Assembly (NCBI GenBank): GCA_951406725.2
Contig: OX597819.1
Span: 8,618,001 to 8,682,000 of the forward strand
Length of the DNA: 64,000 nucleotides
DNA from: Octopus vulgaris
Lineage: Eukaryota
Reading direction: 5' to 3'
Both the position numbers and the translations under genes were made by a program. The first letter of the stretch is position 1. Each line of letters starts with the position of its first letter. Positions 1 through 15,191 of the stretch are shown here, in pieces. Under the pieces are notes generated by a model. It was not told the DNA's origin, searched no databases, and was given only the letters and a program-made list of their open reading frames with translations.

Positions 1-809
1 CGATATGCTAAGATGTAGTGATATTCATCTCTTTCTTTCGATCATTTTCGGATAATATATTTAGATTTCATTAAAAATTATATGAAACTCATTGCTAATT
101 ACGTGAATGTGTCATAGGAAATACATAGAATCGTGAACCAAATAGTTGGGGGATCGACTTACACTGGATGACTCTATATTGCAAGGTCTCCCATTTGAGT
201 ACAATATTGATTGTAAAACTGTACTGTGTGTATGTATGTGTGTGTACCCGTGTCTGTGTGTGTGCGTGCACGCGTGTGTAAAATGGCAGTATATTAGACT
301 CAACCATTAGAGCGAAGGAGGAAATACCTTCCCCTCTTTATGTACTTCCCTTTCAATTTCACGTTCAAATCACTCCGCAAGCCATTTTCCTTTCATCCGC
401 TGGGGACTGAGATAATTAAGTGCCAGTGAACGACTGCAATCTGTGCTAGAAGTTTAAACTCCTCCTTCAAAAGGTGTGGCCTATTGTGTATGTAAGAAAT
501 CCTATGTGTAAATATGTATATGTGCCAATATGAGTGAGTGTGTTAATATCTTCATGTGTACGAATTCTAAGGAGTAATAATTCACAGATGTGCACCAACA
601 AGTGTATGTATAAGGCTCATTCTTACAATATATCCACTTACAATTCAGCCTTTATGGTCTGCGACACACACAGACACACAGACACATACACACACATACA
701 CACACACACACAAACAAACACACACAGAGACACATACACACACACACATATTAATGCATGTATGCATATATGTATGTCATATATATATTTATAAATGTAT
801 ATATATATA

Positions 810-895
<86 letters not shown>

Positions 896-1113
896 ATTTA
901 AAGCAGAAATTTATTTTACTGATCATCAGCATGATATCATTTACATATATATATATGTATGTATATATATATATATATATATAAGGAGAACACGTAAGTC
1001 TGTGCTATCGTAATACTATAGTCTTATGAAACCCTAGAATGCCTTTAGTAAATTAGAAGAGAGACTCTCGGGTAAGATGAAAGAAGCCAATCAGCCTAGC
1101 AGGAATGGGCTTC

Positions 1114-1245
<132 letters not shown>

Positions 1246-1612
1246 AGGCAGAGACCGAAAGCGGGAGATACAAACAAAGATGGGAAAAGAAATACCTCAG
1301 GCTGATCTGGCAGCGTGGAGATGATGTTTGTTCTTCGCTTTCGAAGATAGCCAAAACCCCACTTCTTACGCGCCAAAACAAAGTAGAATTCCAGCTTCAG
1401 TCACCTAACCTTTATAGTGAAACTACGAAAGTGGCAGTATTTCTATGTCACAAAAGCATATGATAATCCGAGCGCTGCAACGAAAACTCCACCGAATTTT
1501 TTGGGGTGACTTGAAGAAGCAGGAGCTCTAACATGCACTGAATTCGGATCATAGCAAAGTGGGCTGGTCACCTCGCCTTGATTTTCTGGATTAATGGCAA
1601 GAGGTGGCAAAT

Positions 1613-2006
1613 GGATGGAAGCACTCCGTCGGTTACGACGACGAGGGTTCCGGTTGATCCGAATCAACGGAACAGCCTGCTCGTGAAATTAACGTGTAAG
1701 TGGCTGAGTACTCCACAGACACGTGCACCCTTAACGTAGTTCTCGGGTGGAGATTCAGCATGACACAGAGAGTGACAAGGCCGGCCCTTTGAAATACAGG
1801 TACAACAGAAACAGGAAGTAAGAGTGAGAGAAAGTTGTGGTGAAAGAGTACAGCAGGGATCACCACCATCCCCTGCCGGAGCCTCGTGGAGCTTTTTTAG
1901 GTGTTTTCGCTCAATAAACACTCACAATGCCCGATTCTGGGAATCGAAACCGCGAACCTATGACCGCGAGTCCGCTGCCCTAACCACTGGGCCATTGCGT
2001 CTCCAC
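1613..2006 (-). mobile_element. tRNA-derived SINE, family A, full length
   Basis: Minus-strand head GTGGAGACGCAATGGCCCAGTGGTTAGGG (A box) and GGTTTCGATTCCC (B box); CCAT tail; 11-bp TSD AGGTGGCAAAT at 1602-1612 and 2007-2017; near-identical to copies at 8709, 42094, 43206, 47948. Confidence 0.93.
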
Positions 2007-2439
2007 AGGTGGCAAATACGATTGGCTGTGGGTCATATTTTGGCTGCTTTGAGATAATCAACGTGATCTCTGTGCCACTCCGTCTATGAAACAAATGTTA
2101 AAATACATCGAAGTTGCGGATTATTAATTTCTGCTAGCTGAAGCCTAAAGATCCATAGGGGAATCTCTTTTGCACATTTGGCCGAAAATCCATCTTGGTA
2201 CGGAAATTCAATATATGTGTGTGTGTACGAATGCATGAATGTATGTTTGTATACATGCATGTATATATGTACGCAATATTGCGTAGTCGTTGACTATTCT
2301 GTGATTAACAGGACTTTGATATGTTCTGCTTTTCACCCTACAGGATGCAACTCAGGCAAAGTACCTCTGCACACCAAAAGGTTTTCACGAGATCCGACCA
2401 TAGTCATGCATGTGCATGAACACACATATATATATATAT

Positions 2440-2615
2440 GTTGATTTCGTGAAGACCACTTGCATTTTTTTCCCTCTGTCTTCCCACCTCCGACGAAGAG
2501 CTCCGCTCGAAACGTTATACCCTCCTTCTCCCCTTTTTTCCTGAGCGCCCAATAATACTTTATTTGTTCCACATCCTTGCGTTCTGTCTTTTTGTTTTCT
2601 TGTTTGGATTAACTT
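2440..2615 (+). mobile_element. PLE pLTR-like non-autonomous fragment with degenerate hammerhead motif
   Basis: CCGACGA-A-GAGC-tcc-GCTC-GAAACGTT at 2490-2516; related copies at 49643-49669, ~51300-51340 (-) and ~56315; flanked by (TA)n; stem I not evident. Confidence 0.55.
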
Positions 2616-3237
2616 TATATATATATATTAAAGATAAACAAGAATGAAAATGCTACTACTTTTATCTTGAAAATCTACTTACTCGTGTGCTACGTCGGCA
2701 AATCTTTTCAATTATATATATAGGTATGTATGTATGTGAGTATGTAATTATGTATGTACTTATGTATGTATGTATGTATGTATGTATGTATGTATGTATG
2801 TATGTATGTATGTATGTATATACATACACGCATACTTATAGAGATATGTGTGCGTGTATATATATATATATATATATAATAATAATAAATATTAGGGAAT
2901 GAATCCAAAATTACAGGGAAAAATCAGATTTAGGGTTAAATCCAATTTTATAGTAAAATATTATATAATATAATTCGAGACAAAACCACTATCTTAAAAC
3001 CAAACAAGGAAAGACTTAATCAATACATAAAATTTTAATATAAATTAAATAAATATATATATATACATGCGTGTGTGAATAACCATATTTGTCACACGGA
3101 AGCATGTATGCGCCATGCTTTCAATAATAGATTAAGACACCTGTGTAATCGCAAGTTAATATCAGCTTTCTGATTCATTAATCGTTCGATAATTTACCAA
3201 TTAATTCATCTATGAATCTATGTGAATAATTTGCTTG

Positions 3238-3353
<116 letters not shown>

Positions 3354-3454
3354 ATTCTTTATATCTTTCACTTTTCCTACCCATTCATTGTTGACTATGT
3401 AAGTATATGTGATAGCATGTATATGCGCCATGTGTATGCCTATATGTGCGATGT

Positions 3455-3524
<70 letters not shown>

Positions 3525-3589
3525 AAATATATATATATATGTATGCATTCACACAAACGTCATACGCACATATACATGTGTATGTGAAA

Positions 3590-4012
3590 GATCCTGGTGT
3601 GCATAATTTAGGACTGAAAGCTTTACCATCGCTATACTAAGAGGATTGGACACCACTGTTTAATACCAAAGGTCCCGCCTTTTGCTTCTGGTGTCAGCAC
3701 CTAATACTGTAACATCTTAGGGTTCAGGTGCTTACAGCCTTACTATGATCTTCCAGAAAACCACCGAGATCTACAATATGTAGATACAGACGTACTGAAA
3801 AGTTACTCTGAGTTTATATTTGAGGTATCAGGTAAGCCCACATCGCGGCAAGAAACGTAAAGGACAGTGTCGATGTCCAGCTTCATCACTCACCAAAAAC
3901 CCGACAAGGATAAATGGCTGTGGAAGAGATATAAAGGGTAAGGTACTAATAATCATACTCTCAGCGGTGCCCTAGCATGGTCACAACCTCTGGCTGAAAC
4001 AAGTAAAAGTTA
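3590..4012 (+). pseudogene. Decayed 3' end of a CR1/L2-group LINE
   Basis: Remnant CNILGFR peptide resembles ORF2 C-termini of this group; ends in GGTGCCCTAGCATGGTCACAACC..GGCTGAAACAAGTAAAAG, matching the family B SINE tail. Confidence 0.45.
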
Positions 4013-4365
4013 TAAGTTTAATGAGCCTCTAATTGCCAGAGCTAAACGACCTATTTGTCTACTTAACCTGTGAAGCGGACGAGCCTTCCACAGGTAATAC
4101 AGTGTAATGAGAATATTTATTTGAATTAGTCACAGCCGATTCGATGTATTTCTAATCCACCCAAGTTCACTCAGAAAACCTGAACTGTGGTAAATGATCT
4201 TGACTAATATATTAAATAGTGAGAATGAAACATGGGACCTCATATTACTGTAAATAAACGAAATCACTGAGTGTAGGAAACGGTCTACAGCAAATCAGAA
4301 TTCAGAGAAATTTCAGTGTCACCAATATCTACGAGAAAGAAATTCACATCGGGGTATATATGTAT

Positions 4366-4396
<31 letters not shown>

Positions 4397-4412
4397 GATA
4401 CATACACGCACG

Positions 4413-4473
<61 letters not shown>

Positions 4474-4651
4474 ACTCATCACACTGTATTTATAATTTTA
4501 AAAACCTGGTAGTCATTTTCTGCCGTCAAATTGGCAAGTTACAAGTACATATGCGAACCAGTATCGGTTGTCAAGAGATTATTAGGGACAAACAAAAGTA
4601 ATTATATATATATGTATGTATGCATGCATCCATTTATATATTTATATATAT

Positions 4652-5008
4652 ACCAACCACATGTTTCGGGTTCAGTCCCACTGCGTGGCACCTTGGGCAA
4701 GTATCTTCTACTATAGCTTCGGGCCGACCAAAGTGAGTGGAAACTGAAAGAATCCCGTCTCGCATGTATGTATATGTATATATATGTGTGTGTGTTAGTG
4801 TGTCAGTATGTTTGTCCCCCCCCCCAACATCGCTTGATAACCGATGCTGGTGTGTTTACGTACCCGTAACTTAGCGGTTCGGCAAAAGAGACCGATAGAG
4901 TAAGTACTAGGCTTACAGAGAATAAGTCCTGGGGTCGATTTCCTCGACTAAAGGCGGAGCTCCAGCAAGGCCGCAGTCAAATGACTGAAACAAGTAAAAG
5001 AGAGTAAA

Positions 5009-5010
<2 letters not shown>
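4652..5010 (+). mobile_element. CORE-type SINE, family B, 5'-truncated
   Basis: CCTTGGGCAAGT CORE-like motif, internal (TA)/(TG) tract, tail CAAATGACTGAAACAAGTAAAAG; matches 16821, 30368, 37163, 50781. Confidence 0.88.
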
Positions 5011-5043
<33 letters not shown>

Positions 5044-5074
5044 CACACATATATGTATGTATGTATATATACAT

Positions 5075-5463
5075 CTTTTGTCTTTCACTTGTTTCAGTCA
5101 TTAGACTGCGGAAATGCTAGGGTATGGCCTTGAATAATTTTTAGTCGAATATATCGGCCCCAGCACTTATTATTCTTTTTTATAAGTCTAAAGGCCTCTT
5201 TTGCCGGGGACATAAGCATACCAGCATCGGTTATCAAACGGTGCTGGGGGACACCCACAAACACAAAGACACACACACACACACCCACACACACATATAT
5301 ACGATGTGCTATTTTCAGTCTGTCTACCAAATCCGCTTACAAACCTCTTGTCGGCCCGAGGCTACGGTAAAAGACATTTGCCCAAGGTGCGATGCAGTGG
5401 GGAAGAAACTCGAACATGTGGTTAGGAAGCAAGTTTTTATTTACACAGTCGCGTCTGTACCTA
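5075..5463 (-). mobile_element. SINE family B, diverged
   Basis: Reverse complement of family B tail and head (TTGCCCAAGGTGC..GCAGTGGG); tail-to-tail with the previous copy across (TA)n. Confidence 0.8.
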
Positions 5464-5507
5464 TGCGCGTGCACGCGTGTGTGTGCATACAGGTACTTCG
5501 TCTGTTA

Positions 5508-5788
5508 CCACGACATGGGTTCCAGTTGATCCGATCAACGGAACAGCTTCCTAGTGAAATTAACGTGCAAGTGACTGGGCACTCCACAAACACGCGTACC
5601 CTTAACGTAATTCATTGAAAAACTTCAGGGTGACACAGAATGTGACAAGCCTGGCCCATTTCCAAATACAGGTTTGGCAGCTGAGTGGACTGGAGCAAAG
5701 TGAAATAAAGTGTCTTGCTCAAGGACCGAGAATTTGAGCTCACAACCTTACGACCATGAGCCGAACGCCCTAACCACTAAGCTATGCG

Positions 5789-5795
<7 letters not shown>
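5508..5795 (-). mobile_element. CORE-type tRNA SINE, family A-prime
   Basis: tRNA-like head (rc of CCCTAACCACTAAGC), CORE-like rc of AAAGTGTCTTGCTCAAGGAC, 3' half shared with family A; second copy 41432-41743. Confidence 0.82.
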
Positions 5796-5864
<69 letters not shown>

Positions 5865-6384
5865 TCTCTTATGATCTTATGATAAAAGGCAGATTTTCTC
5901 TGCCTCTCACACAGTTTGTTTTTAATACAATTGTACAATATAGAATGTCTTCAACTGGAATTTACCTATGATTTTTCGAAGTAGATTCCATTGAGTCATG
6001 GCATATAAAGTATTTTTCAATTTGACCCCCAATCAAGCAAAAATTCGAGAAAACTAAATATTTCACGATTTGCCTCTCTAATTTCAACTGCTTCACTCCT
6101 TCTATTACCACACTTTTTCCTACTTTCTCTTTGCAAGTGTACCTTTAGCCACTACTCAAAAAAAGATACACAGGAAACAGAAAAAAATAAATACGTAACG
6201 ATTTACTCCTCACACAATTTCTTTAATTGGAATTTACCAATGATTTTTCGAAGTACATTCCATTCTATATTTTATAAATTAAAATTGGTTTTTAATTTAC
6301 TTTCTGTCGCTAAGTTTTGATAGTATAAATTTGCGAGCGTACTTCAGTTGTCAATTGTTGAAAGAAAGAAATTGTAAGCTAAGA

Positions 6385-6446
<62 letters not shown>

Positions 6447-6616
6447 CTGTGTGTGTGTGAGTGTGTGTGTGTGTGTGTGTGTGTAGGAAGTGAAGGATAA
6501 AAATATGGCAAGAAGTGGACAGATGTACATATATACATGCATACATCCATCCATACATACATACATACATACATGTGTGTGTGTGTGTATGTATGTGTAT
6601 TAATGTGTGTGTGTTA

Positions 6617-7007
6617 TCTCTCTCTACATAAAGCTGAAGTTGTTTCTGTGCGCCAGGTTTGGTAACCTTCAACTAATACTATCTCCTCCGAGACCCTGCG
6701 GCGCAAGTTGACCAAAATTGAGAGTATAATAGAAGAAGGGTTGCTCTTCCTTTTGTAGGAGATAAAATTCAAATCGGACCATGTTAACACCAAAAATTAT
6801 TTACATCAAAAAGGTGCTTTTTACTATGAAAATCCCTATTTTTTACGATTTTTTCACTGCTGTGTCGCCACTTTTCGGTGTATTTCAACCAGAAAAATGT
6901 TCACTTGAAGAGAATAACAACCTACATAATGCAAAAGTTTTACTTTTCAAAAATTCCAGTTCCAGCGGGTCGAAACAAACCGGAGCAACGCCGGGCGATA
7001 CTGCTAG
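6617..7007 (+). mobile_element. Non-autonomous Helitron
   Basis: 5' TC after host A, 3' CTAG (7004-7007) before host T, subterminal GC hairpin CCGGAGCAACGCCGG at 6980-6994, no TSD; 3' ~230 bp shared with 50200-50430. Confidence 0.75.
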
Positions 7008-7041
7008 TATATATATATATATATATATATGTGTATGTATG

Positions 7042-7094
<53 letters not shown>

Positions 7095-7549
7095 GCTAAT
7101 ATATTTATAAACCCATCGTATATATATTTCATAAATATATCAAATTAGATGATATGTGCAGGGAAGGTAAGTCCTTGCAGTTACTTTTAAAGAGTCCAAA
7201 ATTTTACTCTGGCTTCTCATAGAAAGGGAAAGAAGGAACAACTTAACTTACCTTAAATTGCATATCATTATCCAAAAGAAAGAAAGAAAGATAGAAAGAA
7301 TGAAAGAAAGGAAGGAGGGAAGAAAGAAAGGAAGGAAGGGAGTAACAAATGCAAAAAGAAAAGATATTAAAAAACGATGAGTCCACAGTCAAAAGCATCA
7401 TGGGGCGAAAAATTAGTATTTTATGTCTGCTGTTGAGAAGTAAACTAGGGCGAAACCCATGATCAAAGATTACAGCTGCATTACCTGCACTCTACAAATC
7501 TATTTCAGAAATGTACTAAACCATACTATCGACAGAATACTCCGTATAA

Positions 7550-7588
<39 letters not shown>

Positions 7589-7755
7589 AGCACCACAATA
7601 TATAGAAAAACAGAGATACATACATTTATACAGGTAGATGTATAAAAATTAAAAATATAAACAGAATGTGCGTTTATACATAAAAAAAGGAACAAAGAAG
7701 TGGACCGAAACGACGAATCGGAACGAACCTGATGCGGGGCGCTGTGACAATATAT

Positions 7756-7904
7756 AAATATATATGCATACATACAAACATATATGTATACCTACATCTA
7801 CATGTATATATATATATATATAAATACTACGTATAATTATTTATATATATGTATATATACATGTAGATGTAGGTATATATATGTTTGTATGTATGCATAT
7901 ATTT
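7756..7904. repeat. Inverted repeat, ~70-bp arms, in microsatellite-derived sequence
   Basis: GCATACATACAAACATATAT..ACCTACATCTACATGTA is mirrored by TACATGTAGATGTAGGT..ATATATGTTTGTATGTATGC. Confidence 0.8.
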
Positions 7905-7908
7905 ATAT

Positions 7909-7949
<41 letters not shown>

Positions 7950-7953
7950 TATG

Positions 7954-7997
<44 letters not shown>

Positions 7998-8111
7998 TAT
8001 GTATACATCTATATCTATTTATATGCATATATAGAGACAAAAACACATTCTATTTACATTTTTATACAATGTTTTTACATGTAACTATATAAATGTGTAC
8101 ACACAGATATG

Positions 8112-8146
<35 letters not shown>

Positions 8147-8298
8147 ATATGTATGTATGTATGCATACATATATGAATTCATATGTACATACATACGTAC
8201 GTACACACACAGAGACGCACACATATATATGTATAAATACACACATGATTTCATACATGCATACATACAGACATATATGATTGTGTGTGTTTGTGCTT

Positions 8299-8336
<38 letters not shown>

Positions 8337-8339
8337 ATG

Positions 8340-8370
<31 letters not shown>

Positions 8371-8708
8371 GTATTATGTAAACACAATTTCGATATCCAT
8401 GTTTGTGAAGCCAATGTGACCACGACCCTAATTACTATTCCTTACGTATTTGTACAGTTTTATTGTATTCAGTATCATTTGATAGTGCTGATACTGCGAA
8501 CCGTTTTCGTTACTTGCTGGTGTTTCTACTCTTATTCTTTTTGATGTTGCTTACATTCTTCTTGTTCGTCCTAAGAACAACCTTCATGAAGCATACCCAT
8601 GATCTAGTGTGCCCTATTCGGCCCTATCTTGTCAATCATCTCCTGGAATATTGCACATTGGCCGCCATGTCCAATATGCTAGTTCTCTTTGCGCTATACT
8701 TTTTCTTT

Positions 8709-9104
8709 GTGGAGGCGCAATGGCCCAGTGGTTAGGGCAGCGGACTCGCGGTCATAGGATCGCGGTTTCGATTCCCAGACCGGACGTTGTGAGTGTTTAT
8801 TGAGCGAAAACACCTAAAGCTCCACGAGGCTCCGGCAGGGGATGGTGGTGATCCCTGCTGTACTCTTTCACCACAACTTTCTCTCACTCTTACTTCCTAT
8901 TTCTGTTGTACCTGTATTTCAAAGGGCTGCCCTTGTCACTCTCTGTGTCACGCTGAATATCCCCGAGAACTACGTTAAGGGTACACGTGTCTGTGGAGTG
9001 CTCAGCCACTTACACGTTAATTTCACGAGCAGGCTGTTCCGTTGATTTGGATCAACCGGAACCCTCGTCGTCGTAACCGACGGAGTGCTTCCATCCATCC
9101 ATCC
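8709..9104 (+). mobile_element. tRNA-derived SINE, family A, full length
   Basis: A box TGGCCCAGTGG, B box GGTTTCGATTCCC, (CCAT)n tail, 13-bp TSD ATACTTTTTCTTT at 8696-8708 and 9105-9117. Confidence 0.95.
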
Positions 9105-9563
9105 ATACTTTTTCTTTATAATGTAAGAGAATGACATGACACCTATGTTTGGCAGTATTTCTGGCAAGTAACGTGAATATATGTAAACTACCTTTTTTAC
9201 CTTTTGCTGACTGTTTACATTTCCTTAACGACCTAGTTCTTTTACCGAAACTAAATTCACTTTTAATGATAGGTCTCAATCGTTGAAAACTTGAAACTTA
9301 CTAACAGTAAAATCGTACGGCACTCTTATTTTTGTTTAAATATATCATTCTACTTAAATTTTTGCAACATATTCATCTATTTATTTTATTTTTACGCAAG
9401 AACAAATCTTAATTTATAGCTCACGTATATTTCAAATTTTAGTGATGTATATCTCTCAAAACTTGTAGCTATATGCTGCCTCTGACATCAATATGTACGT
9501 AGACATTGCATGTAATAGCTTCTGATTTTTGCCCAGGACAATCATTTACAAAACAATTTATTG

Positions 9564-9620
<57 letters not shown>

Positions 9621-10297
9621 CCAAAATAAGGCGGCACTTACAAACTTCAAATTATAAATTTCCTACAACGTGGTCACGCAACGTTAAATTCGATGGTCGA
9701 CCGAATAACCTTAACGCACTAGTTGGATGAATTCAGTTACCTGCATATATGGATGCCCATACGCACACACCACACACACATGTGCGTATATATGCTTGTG
9801 TATGCACGTGTGTGTGTGTGTGCATGTGTGTGTTTGTGTCTGTGTGTGTGCACATAGATTAGAATTAGTATAAACATAAAAGAGCATGCATAGGGAACCA
9901 AGATTAAATGAACAAGATGCTACAATTGGAAACTAATGATATCTAACACAAAGTGGAAGTTCTACTAAATTTATTACAAAGTTATGGTCAGTCAAATCGT
10001 ATCTAATAACTGACTTGCTTTTATTCAATTAACCTCAAGAGAATGGCTGACAAAACGGGATCTTGAAGGGATTTGAGCTCAGAAAATGAAGTGGTGTAAA
10101 TCTGAAAGGCTTAAATACAATATTCTGCCGGGTCTGACTTATAGTGCAATCACAATTAGAAAAGTAATGGTATGGTATGTGGAATGGTAAGAAATAAGAA
10201 AGGTACCAACAACTCATAGATGGTACAGTAGTAATTCAATAATTTAATGATCATATTTGGAATAACATATTAAAATATATTTACTAATATATACATA

Positions 10298-10350
<53 letters not shown>

Positions 10351-10573
10351 GTGTATAACAATTTTGGATTCAAGCTCCAAGGGCAGCCTTCGATTCCTTC
10401 TATCCAAGGCAGTTTTTCACATACTATTGTTTACAGCACTATATGTGTGCTTCGAGATATACTACTCCAAAAAATGAATACACACACGCACACACACACA
10501 CACACACGCACAATATATATATATAAATATATACTTCCAAATTTACCCATTAAATATTGGGTAATACTCTAGA

Positions 10574-10624
<51 letters not shown>

Positions 10625-10633
10625 AGAATATAC

Positions 10634-10809
<176 letters not shown>

Positions 10810-11638
10810 GCTATATACACTAGGGCATTACCCATCATGTATAGAGATGACTTTGGAAGTATTCTTTTGCCTAAATGGGTAAAACTAGGAAATATGACGC
10901 ACGTGAAATTATTATAATTGAACTTCTATCAATCTTTTTGGAGCTATACAAGATGGTGTATACTAAATTTTCATTAGTCTTTCAGCATGTATATGTAGGT
11001 GTCCTTTATCTATTGCCTGACACCAAGTCGAATATTTCTCTTTTAATTTTACTTCTCTTCTCCAATCCAAGAATTATTAAATTTGTATGTAAATATAAAC
11101 TAATATATTTGGTTTATACACTGGATTAATTAAAAACAGAAACAAAAAACTATAAGGTGAGATAATGCACCCATAACGGACGAGATGCTCGCAACCTGAG
11201 CACCAGAAATATTCAATTAGCTTTGACCTATCGTTAGAAAAAAATAATGATATATATACATACATAGATGTATACCTCTTACAAATACATACATATTCAT
11301 ATATGTATATGTATATATATAACTTAACTTGTGTGTTTATGTGCGTCTATATGTTTGTGCGTGTGTATTTGTGTGTTTGTGGAGGGGAGGGGCGTGTTTG
11401 TTCGCGCGTGTGTGTAAGGGAGAACAGTTGTGTGATTCGGAAATTAAATTAAAACAACTGTAAGTATTCAAGGCATCTATAAAAGGCTTGTATATGTAGG
11501 TTATGGATGTGCAGCCTACTGCATGATGAGGTTTATTGCAGTACTTCAGTGTCAGTAAGTGCGCATGTGTCAGTGTCCATTTGCGTGTGTGCGTGTGTGC
11601 GTGCGCGTATGAGAATATATGTATAGATCTATACACCT

Positions 11639-11762
<124 letters not shown>

Positions 11763-11874
11763 AGACTGCGAGAGAGATTTGCATTCATTCATATATATGA
11801 ATTTGACTATTCAACTACATATTAATTTGCATACTTGCATAATTCATATATTATATATGCGTATATATGTTTGT

Positions 11875-11978
<104 letters not shown>

Positions 11979-12005
11979 TTCAGACATTTATGATTGCTAT
12001 ATATG

Positions 12006-12036
<31 letters not shown>

Positions 12037-12136
12037 GCATGCACGATATATATGCACGATCTATATGAATATATACATATATATACATATAATTATACAT
12101 ATATATAGATGTATAGATATGTATACATGCATATGC

Positions 12137-12196
<60 letters not shown>

Positions 12197-12244
12197 GTGT
12201 GTGTGCGTATATCGTGGATATGTGTATATGCGTATATACATGTG

Positions 12245-12276
<32 letters not shown>

Positions 12277-12339
12277 CATTTATATTTCGTTTTTGGATTT
12301 GGTTTGCGAGATTCTTTATATGAGTTCGTGTGTTGAAGC

Positions 12340-12518
12340 ATATTCTGTTGTGTCTGGGGAGAGTCATTTTCTTTTTGTGCCTTATAATGTTTCCACTTAT
12401 AAAATTTCCACTTTTTTTTACTTTCTTATTTTTATAATAAAAATAAAAATAAAAATAAGAAAAAGTGGAAATTTTAAGGCCCAAAAAGAAAATAACTCTC
12501 CCCAGACACAACAGAATA
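12340..12518. repeat. Imperfect inverted repeat between (TA)n tracts
   Basis: ATATTCTGTTGTGTCTGGGGAGAGTCATTTTCTTTTTGTGCCTTA versus TAAGGCCCAAAAAGAAAATAACTCTCCCCAGACACAACAGAATAT, plus inner AAATTTCCACTTTTT/AAAAAGTGGAAATTT. Confidence 0.85.
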
Positions 12519-12546
12519 TTTATACATATATACAGATATACACATA

Positions 12547-12591
<45 letters not shown>

Positions 12592-12596
12592 CATAC

Positions 12597-12648
<52 letters not shown>

Positions 12649-12910
12649 CATGTATGTATATATATAAATACATATATCTATGCATGTATACATATTCTTT
12701 TAGCTCTATTTAATGAGCGTTAACTTTTGTTCTGTATAGGAAATTCATTTCTTTCTATTTTCTTATTTTATATATGTATATATATATATATACATATAAA
12801 TATATGCGTATATATATATATAAATATATACATATATATATAAACATACAGACACACACACACACACACACAAACACACATATATATATATATATGAATA
12901 CGAACATATG

Positions 12911-12969
<59 letters not shown>

Positions 12970-13552
12970 GCATAAACATATATATACACACATAAATATA
13001 CAAACACGCATACATATATACACACACACATATATATTCTTTGACCATATCATGAGGTTGGTGATTTTGTGTGCCTATTCCAGTTATTATTTTAGCTCTT
13101 ATTTCTAGCAATTGTAGTTCCTATTTTGCACCCTTAATTATGTATTCTACATTTTCCGTCTGTAATTGTTTTAGCCACCTATACTATAACGTATTTAATA
13201 TATTGTAATATTAATTTATCGTTATAATATCGTATATTGTATGTATATATATAAATATATAAATATGTATGTGTGTGTGTGTGTTTTTGTGTGAGCATAT
13301 CGTCAGTAGATATGAGAGGTGACTATTTATCTAACCATCTGACTTCTAAAAGCTTACGGCCGTTTCGCAACCTTCTTCATGTATTAATTTCAGCATGCAA
13401 AAAATTGTGCGTACATAGGCGCAGGCATGACTATGTGATATGACGTTTTCTCCCAACCAGTAGATTCAGAGTCGAGTTCAGTTCCCCAGCGTGACAACTT
13501 GACCCTCTGTTTTCCGCTATAATTTCTGACACGAAGCGTTAAACGAATACAT

Positions 13553-13958
13553 CTGGCAGAAACGTTAGCAAACCGGGCGAAATGCTTAGCGGTATTGCGT
13601 CTGTCGTTGTGTTCTGAGTTCAAATTCCGCCGAGGTCGACTTTGCCTTTCATCCTTTCGGGGTCGATAAATTAAGTACCAGTCACGCACTGGGGTCGATG
13701 TAATCGACTTAATCCGTTTGTCTGTCCTTGTTTGTCCCCTCTATGTTTAGCCACTTGTGGGTAATAAAGAAATAGGTATTGCGTCTGTCGTTGCATTCTG
13801 AGTTCAAATTCCGCCGAGGTCGACTTTGCCTTTCATCCTTTCGGGGTCGATAAATTAAGTACCAGTTACGCACTGGGGTCGATGTAATCGACTTAATCCG
13901 TTTGTCTGTCCTTGTTTGTCCCCTCTATGTTTAGCCCCTTGTGGGCAATAAAGAAACA
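13553..13958 (+). mobile_element. Nin/Deu-domain tRNA SINE, family C, partially dimeric
   Basis: GACTTTGCCTTTCATCCTTTCGGGGTCGATAAA Nin-like core present twice; single 11-bp TSD GAATACATCTG at 13545-13555 and 13959-13969. Confidence 0.9.
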
Positions 13959-14029
13959 GAATACATCTGTTTTATGTCTACACCACTTGTCTTCGTCTTT
14001 CGTTTTTTTGTTTTGTTTTGTGAATTCTC

Positions 14030-14079
<50 letters not shown>

Positions 14080-14087
14080 AATATATA

Positions 14088-14156
<69 letters not shown>

Positions 14157-14483
14157 GTGTGTATTTGTGTGTGTGTCTTCACCACCGCCTGACAGCCGGT
14201 GTCAGCATGTTTACGTCCCGGTAATGTAGCAGTTCTTTTAAAGATGCCGAAAGAATCAGTAACAAACTTTACAAAATAAGTGCTCATTTCAATTCATTCA
14301 AATAAATTCCTTCATCCGGTGCCCCAGCATCGCTCCACTCTAATGACTGAGACAATTAAGAGATAAAAAATGTTTCCATTAAAATGTATGTTCAGCCATT
14401 ATAGAATACAATTGTAATCACGATTTAATGCAAAGACAAACAGCTGGCTTATGAGATATCCGGAAATAACTTATTACATGAGC

Positions 14484-14519
<36 letters not shown>

Positions 14520-15153
14520 TTATTTATATGTGAATGTTCGTTTGTTATTTGTTTTATTCGTTGGACTGTAGCTATGCTGTGGTAACATACATATTTATAT
14601 ATATACATATATACATACATATATATACTAGAGAAATTTGAAAAGTTAACACGAAACCGGTAATTTCTTCAAAAACTATGTTACTGTATGAAAAAATTTT
14701 ATAACATTCTTCCAACATAATGACTCAAATATATTCTTTAACCTTATAAAACAAGCCTTCTGTAGTTTTTTCACTTTTTACTATTCTCTATATTTCCAAC
14801 CACGTGCTTTCACACACCAACTTTCTTACATATATATATATATATATATAGGTTGATATAAAAGCGTATCTACTTACATGTGCAACTAAATGTATGAATG
14901 CGTGTGTTAATACATAATTACAATTATAAATGTATATGCATATAAATGTATATGTGTATATCTCTCTATATATGCATATAACTGTTTGTATGTATGTTTC
15001 TATCAAGAGTCTCACATGATTTGTTTCCACATCCTGGTCACCCAAGGTTAAACTTTCTGGTCAGTCAAATATACTCAATATACTTATTGGTTAGATGAAT
15101 AAAGCTATATGAATCTATGCTTATATATATATACACACGCACACACACACACA

Positions 15154-15188
<35 letters not shown>

Positions 15189-15191
<3 letters not shown>

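Noticed and set aside
8709-8785. tRNA gene
   Set aside because: A and B boxes are present, but there is no proper acceptor stem and the sequence continues into a SINE body.
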